Positions 23,701 through 36,200 of a DNA stretch of 64,000 bases are shown piece after piece; the first letter of the stretch is position 1, and each line of letters opens with the position of its first letter. The notes under the pieces are model-generated. The model was not told the DNA's origin, ran no database searches, and saw only the letters and a program-made list of their open reading frames with translations. Position numbers and translations under genes: made by a program. Origin of the DNA: Amoebophrya sp. A120 (taxonomy: Eukaryota; Protista; Dinoflagellata); contig CAJINV010000008.1 of NCBI GenBank assembly GCA_905178155.1, positions 3,745,420-3,809,419 of the forward strand, read 5' to 3'.

Positions 23701-24982
23701 GAGGAGGTCGATCGGATGATGATAATGACGCCGCAGACGTGGCCCTACTTGGAATACTACGAAGACATGGACGGACGGGTCGCGGATCTCATCCGGCTGC
23801 ACCGCGACGACGCCCTGGGCGTGGTAGGGTCCATCCTGCTGCTGCGGAAATACGCTGATGACGACGAAGGTCTGCCGGTAGGTTGTCGCGGCCTTTCGGA
23901 TCAATTTTGTTTCGTCCCAGCCGTTCATTCTCTCGACCGAATTGCTGGCCCGCGAGGGCAATGACGGAAGTTTTCCAACCCGGAAAACCATGCTTCGCAA
24001 GACCGGGCTGTTCTTCAACACAACGAAACTGGACGGGGAGATATTTGTTGTGCCGGAGGAAGAAATCGAAGTCCGTGGGCCGGCTAGTTTGATAGTAGCG
24101 TGCAGATTCAACTACACGGACATTGCGAGGTCTGGCTTCGCGAAGTTATGTCCTGGGGCGGGGATCCGGAGAAAAAAAAAACCGCCTGGCGCAGCACAGT
24201 TCAAACGCCTGAACAGCCCTGCGATCAACAACTACCAAAACAAAAAACGCGACTTGGGCCGCGTAACAACGGTGGACGAGCTGAGCAAGTACGCCGACGA
24301 CGAACTGCTTGAACGGCTTGGCAGCTGCCTGGCAGACCTGAAAACCGATCGCGAGAAGTACAAGCAACTGGCGGGACAGGGGGGAGACCAGCTGCTCGCG
24401 CGAGATATGTCGATTAAGCTGAAGGGGGGGAAGTTCAATCTGCTGAACAGGGGGCAGACATTACGCTCTCGGATTCTAGGCTTCGAGACAGTTGGCGTGC
24501 ATTTTTCCAAGTTTGTCATGCGGTTTTCCTTGCGCAATGCACGCGCATCTTTTGGCAGCCTAGATTCTGCCCCGGGATAACCGACCGAGAAGTTCCAGCT
24601 GGACCCGCGTCCAGCAATTTGCCCGTTCTTGAAGGAGCTCGGCCTCCAGCCTGTGAAGGACTTCAGTCTCTCCGTGTGGAAGACAGAGGAGCGCGCAATG
24701 ACGCACGCGCTAGCAGTGCGGCGGTTTTACCGAGCGGTCTTGCGGCTCGGTGCACACAGGGGTGGTGAAAACGATCAGCCGGAGCACACAGCGGCATCGC
24801 GTTTGGCCCTCGAGGAGGACACGATAATGGGTCAAATTCGACGCGACAGGAAGTTTCTCGAAGACCAGCAGGAACTCCACACCCACAACCGCGAGCAGTT
24901 TTTCGACAAGTTGGAACTAATAGCCCGCACCTGTTTCTTCAGACTTCCAATCAGCCCGGATCTTGCTGCCCTCCTGCACTAG
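20731..24982 (+). CDS. Putative DDE transposase with CxxH motif (hAT/MULE/P/Kolobok-type fold), multi-exon
   Basis: The inferred spliced product has candidate catalytic D (HIQFDGTP, 21221), D (YGADGGS, ~21743), CxxH (DTC|VIHTMH, formed across the 21866-21986 intron) and E (SVFIREKLH, 23004). A canonical 43-nt intron lies at 23878-23920. The junctions near 23175-23265 and 24447-24584 are uncertain. Confidence 0.55.
20855..20970. mobile_element. TIR introner in the transposase gene
   Basis: TATGCCATTGACACCATGAGAAAAAGCA / TGCTTTTTCTCATTTTGACAATTGCATA; TSD not preserved; removing element+5 joins LILPHS|CRTNVG in frame. Confidence 0.75.
21514..21727. mobile_element. Strongly degenerate TIR intron
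   Basis: Left TATGCACATGACAAATGCCAGTTTTG vs right reverse complement ACTGCAAAATAAAAATAAGCCAGCTTTG; four TGTCATGC motifs inside; element+5 = 219 nt keeps frame. Confidence 0.5.
21866..21981. mobile_element. TIR introner splitting the CxxH motif
   Basis: TATCAGAAAAAAAACGTCTCTGCCCTTCTTGAAAG / CTTTCAAGAAGGGCAAATACTTTTTTTTTGCATA; removing 21866-21986 yields TGT|GTG ATC CAC (C-V-I-H). Confidence 0.8.
24447..24579. mobile_element. Inverted-repeat intron, boundaries uncertain
   Basis: Core IR CTAGGCTTCGAGACAGTTGGCGTGCATT / AATGCACGCGCATCTTTTGGCAGCCTAG; right end ...GGGATA; contains TGTCATGC and covers the in-frame stop at 24578-24580. Confidence 0.45.
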
Positions 24983-25373
24983 TAAACAACAGCGGAAGTT
25001 GACCCGGAAGGACTAGTCTTCATGCTAGTACATATCTTGCATGTGTGGCGCCGTATGCTAAGTAGTTGCTACTAGACCTAGAACGAAGATAATCCGCAAT
25101 ACAGACTCGGACTGCTTGAATTCTTCCAGTCATTTTTTTGAAGATCGTACAACGACACCGATGTAAGACTCCTGTTCCGATGTTCCTCAAAATTGCGCAT
25201 TACAAATTGTTGTTGGTTTGGTTCCCCAATGATGCTGTGTGGCATTGCGAGATCCTCTGTAGCATTACAGATTNNNNNNNNNNNNNNNNNNNNNNNNNNN
25301 NNNNNNNNNNNNNNNNNNNNNNNNNNNNNNNNNNNNNNNNNNNNNNNNNNNNNNNNNNNNNNNNNNNNNNNNN

Positions 25374-27663
25374 CGCAGTCGGTGTTCATACGGGAAAAGC
25401 TGCACAAACATAGCCACCGACACAACTTATCCTCAAAATCCTTCTCCTCCGTAAACGTCCTGCAGTGGAATTCCACCTTCGTACGAAGTGTCAACCTCCA
25501 GCCACCTACAGCAAGTCGAGATTTCCGCATGAGAGTATTTTCTCATGCGGAAATCGCAAAGAAAGGTGCATGGCTGGAGGATTTGTTTTTCATACCAAGT
25601 GGAGCAGAGTATGTGTCTTGGGTCACAGAACCGCGCCTCCCCTACCACCGGCCAGGTCCTGTCCTGGGACGAGCTTGCCCTGCAGTCCAACGCGCACAAG
25701 ATTACTCGCCCGTCCATGTTCGTCGCCGAAAATGCAAAAAAGAATATCGGGGGGCAACAGGCCCAAAACAAGTACTTCGCGTCGATGATGGAGACCTTCG
25801 CTACGAAGAACATGGCAGGGGAGACGGAGTACCTCACCAGCCACGTGGCCAAACGCCGGGCGGAAAAAGTAGAGGGGGAATTGGAAAAACAGGCACGGGA
25901 GTTACAGCGGTACGCGGACCGGGAGAGCAAGATACAGCGCAGGAAGACTTTTGTCACCGGGATCAACACAGACAACCTGGACGACGAAATTACAGATGGC
26001 AGTTGGCTCGAAGCTTGGCATGACCTCCCCGTCGACTGCTCGGGTGAGCTTCGACAGATGTGCCAGCAGGACTACGACAAGGATCTCGCCGAGGAGGTCG
26101 ATCGGATGATGATAATGACGCCGCAGACGTGGCCCTACTTGGAATACTACGAAGACATGGACGGACGGGTCGCGGATCTCATCCGGCTGCACCGCGACGA
26201 CGCCCTGGGCGTGGTAGGGTCCATCCTGCTGCTGCGGAAATACGCTGATGACGACGAAGGTCTGCCGGTAGGTTGTCGCGGCCTTTCGGATCAATTTTGT
26301 TTCGTCCCAGCCGTTCATTCTCTCGACCGAATTGCTGGCCCGCGAGGGCAATGACGGAAGTTTTCCAACCCGGAAAACCATGCTTCGCAAGACCGGGCTG
26401 TTCTTCAACACAACGAAACTGGACGGGGAGATATTTGTTGTGCCGGAGGAAGAAAACGAAGTCCGTGGGCCGGCTAGTTTGATAGTAGCGTGCAGATTCA
26501 ACTACACGGACATTGCGAGGTCTGGCTTCGCGAAGTTATGTCCTGGGGCGGGGATCCGGAGAAAAAAAAAACCGCCTGGCGCAGCACAGTTCAAACGCCT
26601 GAACAGCCCTGCGATCAACAACTACCAAAACAAAAAACGCGACTTGGGCCGCGTAACAACGGTGGACGAGCTGAGCAAGTACGCCGACGACGAACTGCTT
26701 GAACGGCTTGGCAGCTGCCTGGCAGACCTGAAAACCGATCGCGAGAAGTACAAGCAACTGGCGGGACAGGGGGGAGACCAGCTGCTCGCGCGAGATATGT
26801 CGATTAAGCTGAAGGGGGGGAAGTACAATCTGCTGAACAGGGGGCAGACATTACGCTCTCGGAATCTAGGCTTCGAGACAGTTGGCGTGCATTTTTCCAA
26901 GTTTGTCATGCGGTTTTCCTTGCGCAATGCACGCGCATCTTTTGGCAGCCTAGATTCTGCCCCGGGATAACCGACCGAGAAGATCCAGCTGGACCCGCGT
27001 CCAGCAATTTGCCCGTTCTTGAAGGAGCTCGGCCTCCAGCCTGTGAAGGACTTCAGTCTCTCCGTGTGGAAGACAGAGGAGCGCGCAATGACGCACGCGC
27101 TAGCAGTGCGGCGGTTTTACCGAGCGGTCTTGCGGCTCGGTGCACACAGGGGTGGTGAAAACGATCAGCCGGAGCACACAGCGGCATCGCGTTTGGCCCT
27201 CGAGGAGGACACGATAATGGGTCAAATTCGACGCGACAGGAAGTTTCTCGAAGACCAGCAGGAACTCCACACCCACAACCGCGAGCAGTTTTTCGACAAG
27301 TTGGAACTAATAGCCCGCACCTGTTTCTTCAGACTTCCAATCAGCCCGGATCTTGCTGCCCTCCTGCACTAGTAAACAACAGCGGAAGTTGACCCGGAAG
27401 GACTAGTCTTCATGCTAGTACATATCTTGCATGTGTGGCGCCGTATGCTAAGTAGTTGCTACTAGACCTAGAACGAAGATAATCCGCAATACAGACTCGG
27501 ACTGCTTGAATTCTTCCAATCATTTTTTTGAAGATCGTACAACGACACCGATGTAAGACTCCTGTTCCGATGTTCCTCAAAATTGCGCATTACAAATTGT
27601 TGTTGGTTTGGTTCCCCAATGATGCTGTGTGGCATTGCGAGATCCTCTGTAGCATTACAGATT
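25374..27663 (+). repeat. Near-identical duplicate of 22984-25273 after an N gap (probable assembly artefact or second haplotype)
   Basis: Identical except six substitutions that I could find, all to A; begins right after the gap at 25274-25373. Confidence 0.85.
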
Positions 27664-27808
27664 TGGTTTTTTTGAAGTTCCCGTAAGACTGCCTGCACCA
27701 TGAAAAACGTTTCCTCTTCCCCTTTAGAAATTGGGTCGCACAAAGCACAAGATACTGGGTGCGTGCGATAGCATACGGCGCCTAGATAGTTGCAAAAAAG
27801 CACGCAAG

Positions 27809-28299
27809 ATGTCACCGAAAAGTAAAAAAATGAAGACCAATTCTTCTGCTGCTAGTAGCGGCAGCAATGGCGCTGGTGCGGGGGCTGCCAGTAGCGGCAG
27901 CAACGTCCCGGCACAGAAGCAGGGGGCGAAGTTTATGAATGTGGAACTGTGTCAATCTTAGTATGCGGCGCAGGTAGTTTCCCCGGCAGTTCTGCCGAGT
28001 TTCGACGTCGCTTGCAAAGCCAGACGGCTTTGCTGGAAATGCGTGTAGTTTTGCCGTCGGGGCACAGCCCCGACGCCAAAACGTTCGTCTTCACTGTGTC
28101 CCAGAGCATTTCGCACTCAGCATGACACACGCACACATTCATAAACTCCAAAAACAAATCTTCGAGCAAAAGCAGTCTGGTGCTGAATGAGACGCAGATG
28201 CCGATGGCAATGGAGGTACAGCAGTACACTTCTTCTTCTGGCAAACAACAGCTTCGTCTTCTCATGCAGATCACCGCCCATGAAGAGAGCAAGACTTGA
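27809..28299 (+). CDS. Small hypothetical protein (~90 aa, 2 exons) inside the large element
   Basis: MSPKSKKMKTNSS...QGAK|FKNKSSSKSSLVLNETQMPMAMEVQQY...HEESKT* after removing 27934-28148. Confidence 0.4.
27934..28143. mobile_element. TIR introner
   Basis: Left TATGAATGTGGAACTGTGTCAATCTTAGT vs right reverse complement TATGAATGTGTGCGTGTGTCATGCTGAGT; flanks AAGTT/AACTC. Confidence 0.7.
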
Positions 28300-28324
28300 C
28301 ACCGGAAATGGAGTTTTTTGGGGA

Positions 28325-28560
28325 ATGCTAAAACTTTTAGCAGAGCCAAAAAACCGGGGGTTCGGGTCCGGGATTTTCCCGGAGACGGCAAAATCGGGAA
28401 GGAAATTCGATTTTCATTTTAGCAGACTTTTAGCAGAGAATTAGCACCTGTTTTAGCATTAATTTTAGCATAGTTTCAGCATCGAAACCGGGTCGGAAGT
28501 TGGGGGGTTTAGCAGGGAATTAGCATGTTTTTAGCAGAGAATTAGCATACTTTTAGCATA
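28325..28560 (+). repeat. Array of ~12 TTAGCA motifs
   Basis: TTTTAGCA/ATTAGCA repeated, mostly at ~11-nt spacing; the same motif occurs in both TIRs of the large element. Confidence 0.8.
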
Positions 28561-28929
28561 TTCCGCGGGATGCTTCGTTGCGATGATACCCCGGCGGAAT
28601 ACGGGTGATCAGCGCCCCCAAAAGGCGGGGCAAATTTTGGCGCGGCGAGGGGGGGGGGTGGGGAAGCCGAAATCGTGGGTCGTGCGCAGGCCGCGATGCG
28701 CGACTGCGTTCTTCGTCACCCACGGGTTCTTTTCGGGCCGGCTGGTCCGTTCCGCGCTGCGCGTGTATTTGTGGCTGCGCAGGTGCCGCAGTCACGTTCT
28801 CGCTTTTGCAGCGCAATGTGGGATTGCGCGCTCCCGCGGTGCCAAGCACGTCTCTTCATGGGCGCCCTGGGATCTGCAGTAGTTTTTCCGGTCCCTCCAG
28901 CAGCAGTTGCAGTGCCTTACAACACAACT

Positions 28930-31900
28930 ATAAAACAATTGCGTCTCAGGTCGACGAAGCAGAACCTGTGAAAGAAGGGAAGAACCGGAAACGTAACAAA
29001 GCCAAGGCCAAAAACTTGAACAACGCGGAGGAGACCCAAGAAGCCAAGGCCGCGCAGAAGGCGCAGGACCTGAAGGACATGACGCAGTTCGTGAAGGATT
29101 TGAATCGCAACAACAAGAGGGATTGCCTTTTCTACCTCAGCCAGCCCTTGTTCCCCGAAGGTCGCAACGCCTTTCAGCATGTTACTCATGCTTACCTCCC
29201 CGGTATGAAGAAGGAGATGGCGCGACACAAAGTCATTACGGGCGAGGACAAGAAATACTGGAAACTCTCCCCGACGGAACAGGCCGCCCTGCGGAATGTC
29301 CTGTTCAAAGCCCGGAACGAAGGCGCGCTAGCAACCTGCACACTCATCCGGCCGTCGTTGGAAGCAGCCATGAAAAAAGCTCCGCACATTTCCGCCGCCA
29401 TGAAGGCGGAAAAGGTCCGCAAGTGGCTGCAAAAGCACGGGGAACAGGTGCAGAAAGAATTTCCTGACTGGGGGCGGAACTCGAAGAAGGACGACGAGGA
29501 CGACGACATGATGCAGGATGACGACATGTACGACGGAAACGCGATGGTCTCGCCGCCCCTTATGCATGTGATAACGCTTCCGAAAAATATCTGCACTGCC
29601 TTTTTTGCATGGTCCTTTTTCTATGCAACTTTTGAAAAAAAGAAGTCTGTCATGCATTTCCCGCACTTTGGACTTGCTTTCTGTCATGCGAGTCGCTAGA
29701 GTTGCTTCTTCTATTTCAGCTCAGCCTCGCGATGCATGTGTTTGTCGAGCGTGGCTAGACCAGAAAACTTCATTTGTCATGCTAGAACTGGAGGGCGTGT
29801 GCTGCCTACAAGGAGTCTCAATCCGGAGTCTTGAGCTGCAAACCCAGTGCAGATGTTGTTTTTTCGGAAGCAAATTTGCAATGCATATCGCCGCCGCCAG
29901 CAGAGGTGAACACGTACGGGTACGGGATGGGCGGAACTAATGACGTGCACAGATATGAATGCGAAAGTCCTGTCATGGTCACAACGTGGTTGCATTCTGG
30001 GCCGGAATAGCGTCAGCTATCCCGGGAAAAAATGCAACGAATACGTGGCCATGACAGGACTTTGCGAGCTCATACCGACAGCCAGGAGAACAGCCAATCC
30101 GGGGCAACAGCTATCAGCACCGGGGTTGTGGACGAGAACAGCATGTCCAGAGCCATGGTGGGCAGTACAACTACTTTCGGGGCCACGCCGAACTTCTCCT
30201 CTTCTTTTCTTGGAAGTAACCCGTTTAACCAGCCCGCCCAGAGTGGGGCGATGATCGATCCGTCCGCAACGCCACCTGCGGCTTCGTCTCTCGGCAACCA
30301 GATGGTACAGGGTAGCGGGACTGGGGGAACGAACACAGTTTCAGCGTCGGGTCTCCGTGCTCTTTTGAGTTTCAAACCACCTCCGGTGATCCAGATGCCA
30401 CAACCCAAAAAGCGGAGCCCTCTGCTTGATTTCAAGCCGCCCTCCATTGAGACGGCGGAACGGGAGAGAAAGGAGCGGCAGGCGAAACAGTTGAAGGACG
30501 TGAAGGAGACGGCCTTCAAAGACCACCACTGGGGCCTGAATCGCACCGAAATCGGCGACGAGAAGAAAGGGATGCTGGCCTTGCTGGTTTCCGCGGACAC
30601 CGACGAAACGAACACGGACATCATCGATGGCATGCGGGCTGCAATCGAGGGAGGAAAGAGTATTTTTTTCTTTTTTAATCGCAGTGCGGATGATGATCCG
30701 AAGGTGAATGATGATGATTTCTTGCTTGTCTCACCACTCTGTAGCTCGAAAGCCCCAGGATGTAGCTCGGACGCGGCTTTAAGACTCCGATAGAAGTCCA
30801 GCGATTTCGTTGAATTTTGCAACCAAAAAGTAGCGCACTTCGACACTTTTCAATCGCAGTTATAAAGCCGCATCCACCCAGAAGATTTGGTCGTAGTTTT
30901 GCTCCCCCACTGTAAATCCGGCGTCGTCTTACTTTACAGAAGCGCGCCGGCTGATTTCTTGACTCGCCTGTGGGCGGGCGGCGCGTGTGGGCAGAAATTC
31001 GCCTGCAACCTGTGTCGCCATTTATTGAGCATGACAGATTTCCTTTCACCGAAAAAACAGCATGACAGAATCTACATCCCCATCTCCTTCATTTGTCACA
31101 ATTTACCGCTACAGATGCGTGGGTGGCCCAGGGTCCGTACGACGACATGAGCGCGATTTTGTTGGCGCGGATCAAGTGGCGGTGGGACAAGGCCACAAAT
31201 GGCCCGGAGTTCGTCGAAGAGTAAGTCTTCACTCATACTGGTTTTGTCCTTCTTCTAGATTTTTGTCTTGCGTGTGTGAGTATCTGTCGCGCGTTTTCCC
31301 CTACGAGGACCTCCTATTTCCACACTGTGCCGACATCGTGATAAATTGCTGCGCTTTTTGCAAATTAGCATGACAAATTCATAAAATGAAAAACAACTAT
31401 CACGCAGTTACATCGACTTCATCCGAGTCGTAGACCCGGATCTCGCCCGTGTTCATTTTTTCTACAAGGAGAACAAGATCGAGGGGACCAAACTCTTGAA
31501 CTTTTCGGGTGGCGAACAGGAGGTGAAGGAGATAAAAGCCTGCAACGATCGAGCGCATTTGCCGTGCTATGATTTCTTGGATTCCCAGCTGACAACCGGC
31601 CTGGCAAAGCACGAAATCAAGCGCAAGGTTGTAAAGGTGAGGAAACTACTGCTTTTGTTTTACTACAGAGCTACGCATGACAGATGAACTCGAAGCCACG
31701 GCGCAGAGCATAACTCTCCTTGCATGCAGGCTCGCCTAGTGCGGTGTCTTTTGGCTCCTTAGTTGTGGGGGCCGTATTAGAGGGATTTTTATGTTTGTAT
31801 AACCAGCGTGAGGAACTCTTGCGCGGTCCGAAATCGCACAGAAGGTTCTAAGCCTCGAGATCTCTCGTGGCATCTTCGCGTCCTGTGTCATGTTTTTCCT

Positions 31901-33282
31901 CGATGAGAATTTCCCCAAAAAATGACCCAGGTATTCACCGACGCCCAGAACACGAAGCTGAACATCCTCGAGGTCGCTGCGGAGGAGGAAAAGATGGGGA
32001 GTGAGTTAAGTCGGGTCGAGGAAGAGGCCAAGAAAGACGGAGTGCTGGCTGAATATTGGGAAACGGTCGCCGACTGCCTCGTCACCTTGAGCAACTTCAC
32101 CAAAGATTGTACGAAAACTGGTCCGGGAATCGAGTCGGTTTAGGATTATTCTTTTTTGCATGACAGATGTGATTCGCGGAGGCAAGGAAACAGACTCGAT
32201 TCGCGTCGTTTTTTATTCGATAACACACCTGCAGCGTAAGTACTTGACGTCCGTTCCGATCGAGGAGTGCCAGTCCACGCTCCCACAGGCATTGGAGATT
32301 GCGAAACATCGTAAGGCACTCGTGAAGCAGCTCGACCAGCTGCTGAAGAAGGGGAAATCGACCATGTATAGTCTTGCTGTTTTTGTCATGCGTGAGGACT
32401 GTGATTGTTTTTTGTCATGCAAAAAAAAACCATCTCATGAAAATTATACACCATCACTCTTTCCACAGGTTTGACCTTGTGAAGGTATTGGCAAAATGCC
32501 CGACCCAGTTGGCGTGGGAAAAGAAGCTGTACTTGGCGGAATGCGACAAAATTAACGAAAAACAGCGCCAGTTGCTGGACAAGGTCGCTGAAGATGTCCA
32601 GTCGCAAAAACCAGCCATCGCCCCGTGGATTTGGGGCGGTTATTGGGACGATGCGAAGATTGCGATAGAGAACTACCACCAAACCGCACAGCCGGACCGG
32701 AAGAAAAACTTCATTGCGGGGGAGAGTAATGTGAAAAGCAAATATAGGCCGCTCTATCGGTGGGTTTACAACCGGGTGGAGAGCCTGGACTTGACCGCCG
32801 AAAGTCTACCGGCGTACTTCGATAAGCTCAAGGAGCTGAAGCCAACGATCGACCTGGGGGACCAAGGAAGTACTTTTATTATGTTGATTTCATGTTGCGC
32901 GCATGACAAATTTTGGATAGTCATCGTAAAACGCATGACAGATTTGAAGTATTATGCTCCCGGTAGCTTCCCCTGGTTGGTGTCCTCGCGTGCCCAGGCT
33001 GCTGGCTGAAGTGGATGATTTTGGTTTAGCTCCCCGCATGTAATGCTTTATGCGTGTCCTGTCGGAAGCAGTGTTTTCCCCATCTTCACCACAGGTATCG
33101 AAACGGCGCGCCAAGTCTGCCAATGTTTGCGTTGGGCGGATGTGGTTTTATCGACGGAAAACATCGGGGTACTGGAGGAGTATGAACAACTGGTGGGAGA
33201 CGGCTCGGTGGCGCTCAAGGAGGAGGAAAGGAGGCAGAAGGAGAAGATCGAAACTGCCCGGCAGTTTATGAACACACGATGA
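28930..33282 (+). CDS. Large multi-exon hypothetical (charged, coiled-coil-rich) protein inside the large element
   Basis: Chain of coding-like + strand ORF segments (28605-29560, 29893-29953, 30080-~30660, ~31410-31635, 31922-32135, 32160-32365, 32469-32868, ~33095-33282) separated by AT-rich introns carrying GCATGACA. Exact start and several junctions are unresolved. Confidence 0.5.
29561..29887. mobile_element. TIR introner
   Basis: Left TATGCATGTGATAACGCTTCCGAAAAATATCTGCACTG vs right reverse complement TATGCATTGCAAATTTGCTTCCGAAAAAACAACATCTGCACTG; element+5 joins SPPL-PPAEV into the frame of ORF 30032. Confidence 0.75.
29954..30074. mobile_element. TIR introner
   Basis: TATGAATGCGAAAGTCCTGTCATGGTCAC / GTGGCCATGACAGGACTTTGCGAGCTCATA; element+5 = 126 nt removes an in-frame TAG and keeps frame. 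Confidence 0.8.
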
Positions 33283-36200
33283 GAATACAGCGCGATACTT
33301 GTGACGACCGAAATTGAAAACCTGAACCATCACGGCCCCACGAATCTGTTTGGAATGCGACCAAGACGAAGATGAATCATGAACAAAAAAATCTTACTTC
33401 TGAAATAGCTAGCTCCATCCTTTTTCAACCTTTCGGCACAGCACGGATTTTCCTACTTGCATTGCACAGCCGGACCGCCCGCGTGGGGTCAAGTTGAGGA
33501 CAGGCATCTTCAGTCCTTCCGCTCTTCTGTCTTCGTGTTTTGGCATGTTCTTCGTCTTTTTGATTTCGCACAGACAGGAGGCGTTGGCGCATGAACAAGA
33601 GCGACAAAACCTGGAGGGATTGCACGCGAGAGACAGCAGGAAGAGCTGCCGCAGTCACACCCCCCTGCGGTTGGGGGTGCTGCGTAAACAAACCGGGGCC
33701 AGGGCCCTCCTGGTTCCCACGCAGAGGTGCCCGGCCGGCTCGATATTGGGAGGAGGCGCGCCGCCTCTTCCTTCGCGAAGCGCGCCGCGCCGCCCCTTGC
33801 GCCTACAGGGAAAAGGGTGAGGGCCCGCCGCCCTACCACCGGCCGCCGGCGCTTTCCGGGCTAGCCGCGCCACAGGCCCACGCCTTATGGGCCCGCGGGG
33901 CCTGATTTCGGCGGCCCCCCTTGCGGTATTTCCCCGGGCCGGATTTCGCCCACGCCGAGTTTTCCGCTCGGCCGTAGAGCGCGCGCGCCCTTTTTCACAT
34001 TCCGCATTCAGGGCGGGGGCTAGTGGCGCGGCTATGTTGGTTGGGCCCTGGCACCTGCAGTCTTTTGCGGGTTGGGCAGGCGGCGCGGCCCCCTCTCGGC
34101 TACCCCTTGCCAAATATTTTTTTTAGCATACATTCAGCACCAAATTACGAAAAAAGGCCGGCGGCAGCCGTCGGCCTGATCATCACGACAGTATCTTTGC
34201 ACCAGCTGCAGAGAGAAAATAAACCGCGACATCTTCAGAAGGTGTATCCTCGTCCACGTACTCGAAAACGAAGCCGCGCGACATCCCTGACTCTGCGGTT
34301 GCTCGCGGTTTCAAAAACTTCTATAGCCGTTCTGGACTTCAGGACTGAAACCCTTTCAGTGGTGAGGAGCTATTTTTATTGTGTCGATACGAAAAAAATA
34401 CAGTAGCAGTAGGTGTGCCTCGAGATAAAGGTCGCGAGATGCGCAGTCGCTCCGAGGGAGATGAAAAAGTAGCCTGTTCTACTACATCTGTGTACTAGCA
34501 TTATGTAGTTCTTGGTTCTCTCTTTCATGCCTTCTCCAGTTGTGTTTTATTCGTCCGCGGAAGCAAAGACAGCTGCTCCTGCTCGTGCTGTTTGCATGGA
34601 ATACCTACACGACACCGTCGCCGTCTTTTCGCTTCCGTTGTACTGTCTGTAGTCTATTTCCTTAAAGATCTGGACGACAATCGCAACGACAATCTGACTG
34701 CTTGTTTTTAAGCCGACGAGATGCAGCAGCTCTTTTCATTCCGCTTTTGCACTTTGTTTGAAGGTCCACCACGACGGCTGCATTTCTGAAATTTCAATTT
34801 ACTTCGTTCAAAAATTGCAAAACCTCGTACTTAAGTTTCATTTATATCACCTGTTTTAGCTGCGCGCGCGCTTCCGCTTTCAACACTTACAATATTTCAA
34901 CTTTATTTCGCTTGTTAGTTTGTGTAACTAAACCGTATTTTTTCAGTCGTGTGTGTGCGTGTGTGCGTTCGTCTCGTAACTTGGTGCGTTCGTACCCTGC
35001 TCCCGCATGACGGCTTACAAGAATTTGCTAGTACAACCGGAGCATGCTGATATATTTTTTCCTGTCAAGGGGAGAATGAAATTTTAAGAAATCTTTGTTG
35101 TGTCTGTTTTCTTCTGTTGTTTAACTTCATCACTTTCGTTCAGCATGGGACACTGTGACGGGCGACGTAACAGCGGAAAAGCGGGCAAAAGACAAAGAAA
35201 AACAACGCGAAAATATGAAATTTTCTAATCGAAACGGTAACGGCATCATACTTCTGTGCCGTGTGCCACCTGAGCTTCTTCATGATGTCATGATAATGCT
35301 GCGTCCTGGTATCTAAATCTATCAATCTTCCGGCGTCATTCACAAGGAGGAGAAGAATCTGCAGTCCATGCCTGCGGCTTGACATTGTTGTACCACCTGT
35401 ATTTTACCCAGCCTCTATTTGTACTAAACTTTTACTTCATCATGTAACTCATCAGAACTTCTTTACATCACCGGTACCTGTTGAAAGCCAGCATATGCAA
35501 AATCATGTCTTGGAGGGACGCAGTCACGACGCGAAAAGGACCCAGTGCCATTGATGTTTCTCAAGTGTCACCTGATCATCTTCAGAACTAGGTGAAGATG
35601 AAAGTCACAAAATGAATGGTGGCGAGGCTTTGTAAAATGCAAATGAACTTCAACTTCTTCGGATGCAATAACTTCAGAAGATGCATTTTTATCCAGCATC
35701 GACGAAGGGAAGATCTTAACGATATTCACTCGCCTAGCTGTAGCCCTCTCTGAACAAACCGCTTCTGTCTTCAACTTCATATGGATTCCACTTTTGCCGG
35801 GTGGTTCGACATTTTCAATGTCAAAGCTTCCGTCTCGTGTTTCCACATTTCGTTTCTTCCAAAAAGTACGAAGAGAAAATCACTGAAACAGCTTTTAGAA
35901 TTGATATATGGCACCGAGACGTTGGTACATACTGGTTAGCGTAGCGGCCGAACGAGGAAAAGAAGGAGCTCCAAATTGAAAAGCGAGCCTCTACTGATTA
36001 CACTTTCCTTTGATAGTTTGACAACTTCTTCTACTACGGCACAGCCTCTTCACCTTTACTCACGCTCTGTGTTATATAGTGGCCCCCTCGGGAGGAAGAA
36101 CGGCCGCAGAGGGAACTACGCCCGGCTCTATGTACAACTTCTGTTTGTTATTTCGATACGTATAGAGTGACGACCTGCACCTAAAATGGTGCAGTCAAAA

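Larger units (their letters stand above)
20019..34179 (+). mobile_element. ~14 kb (about 11.5 kb without assembly duplications) TIR-bounded DNA transposon carrying a transposase-like gene and extra genes
   Basis: Left TCAGGCCGACGGCCGCCGG...GCTGAAAAAATGCTAAAAGTAATCGGCAGGG vs right reverse complement TCAGGCCGACGGCTGCCGCCGG...GCTGAATGTATGCTAAAAAAAATATTTGGCAAGGG; GC-rich subterminal regions; no TSD found, and the left end is next to a gap. Confidence 0.7.

Noticed and set aside
22984-27663. Apparent 2.3-kb tandem duplication of the transposase 3' half
   Set aside because: The copies abut a 100-N gap and all six differences I found are changes to A, which is typical of unmerged contig overlap rather than biology.
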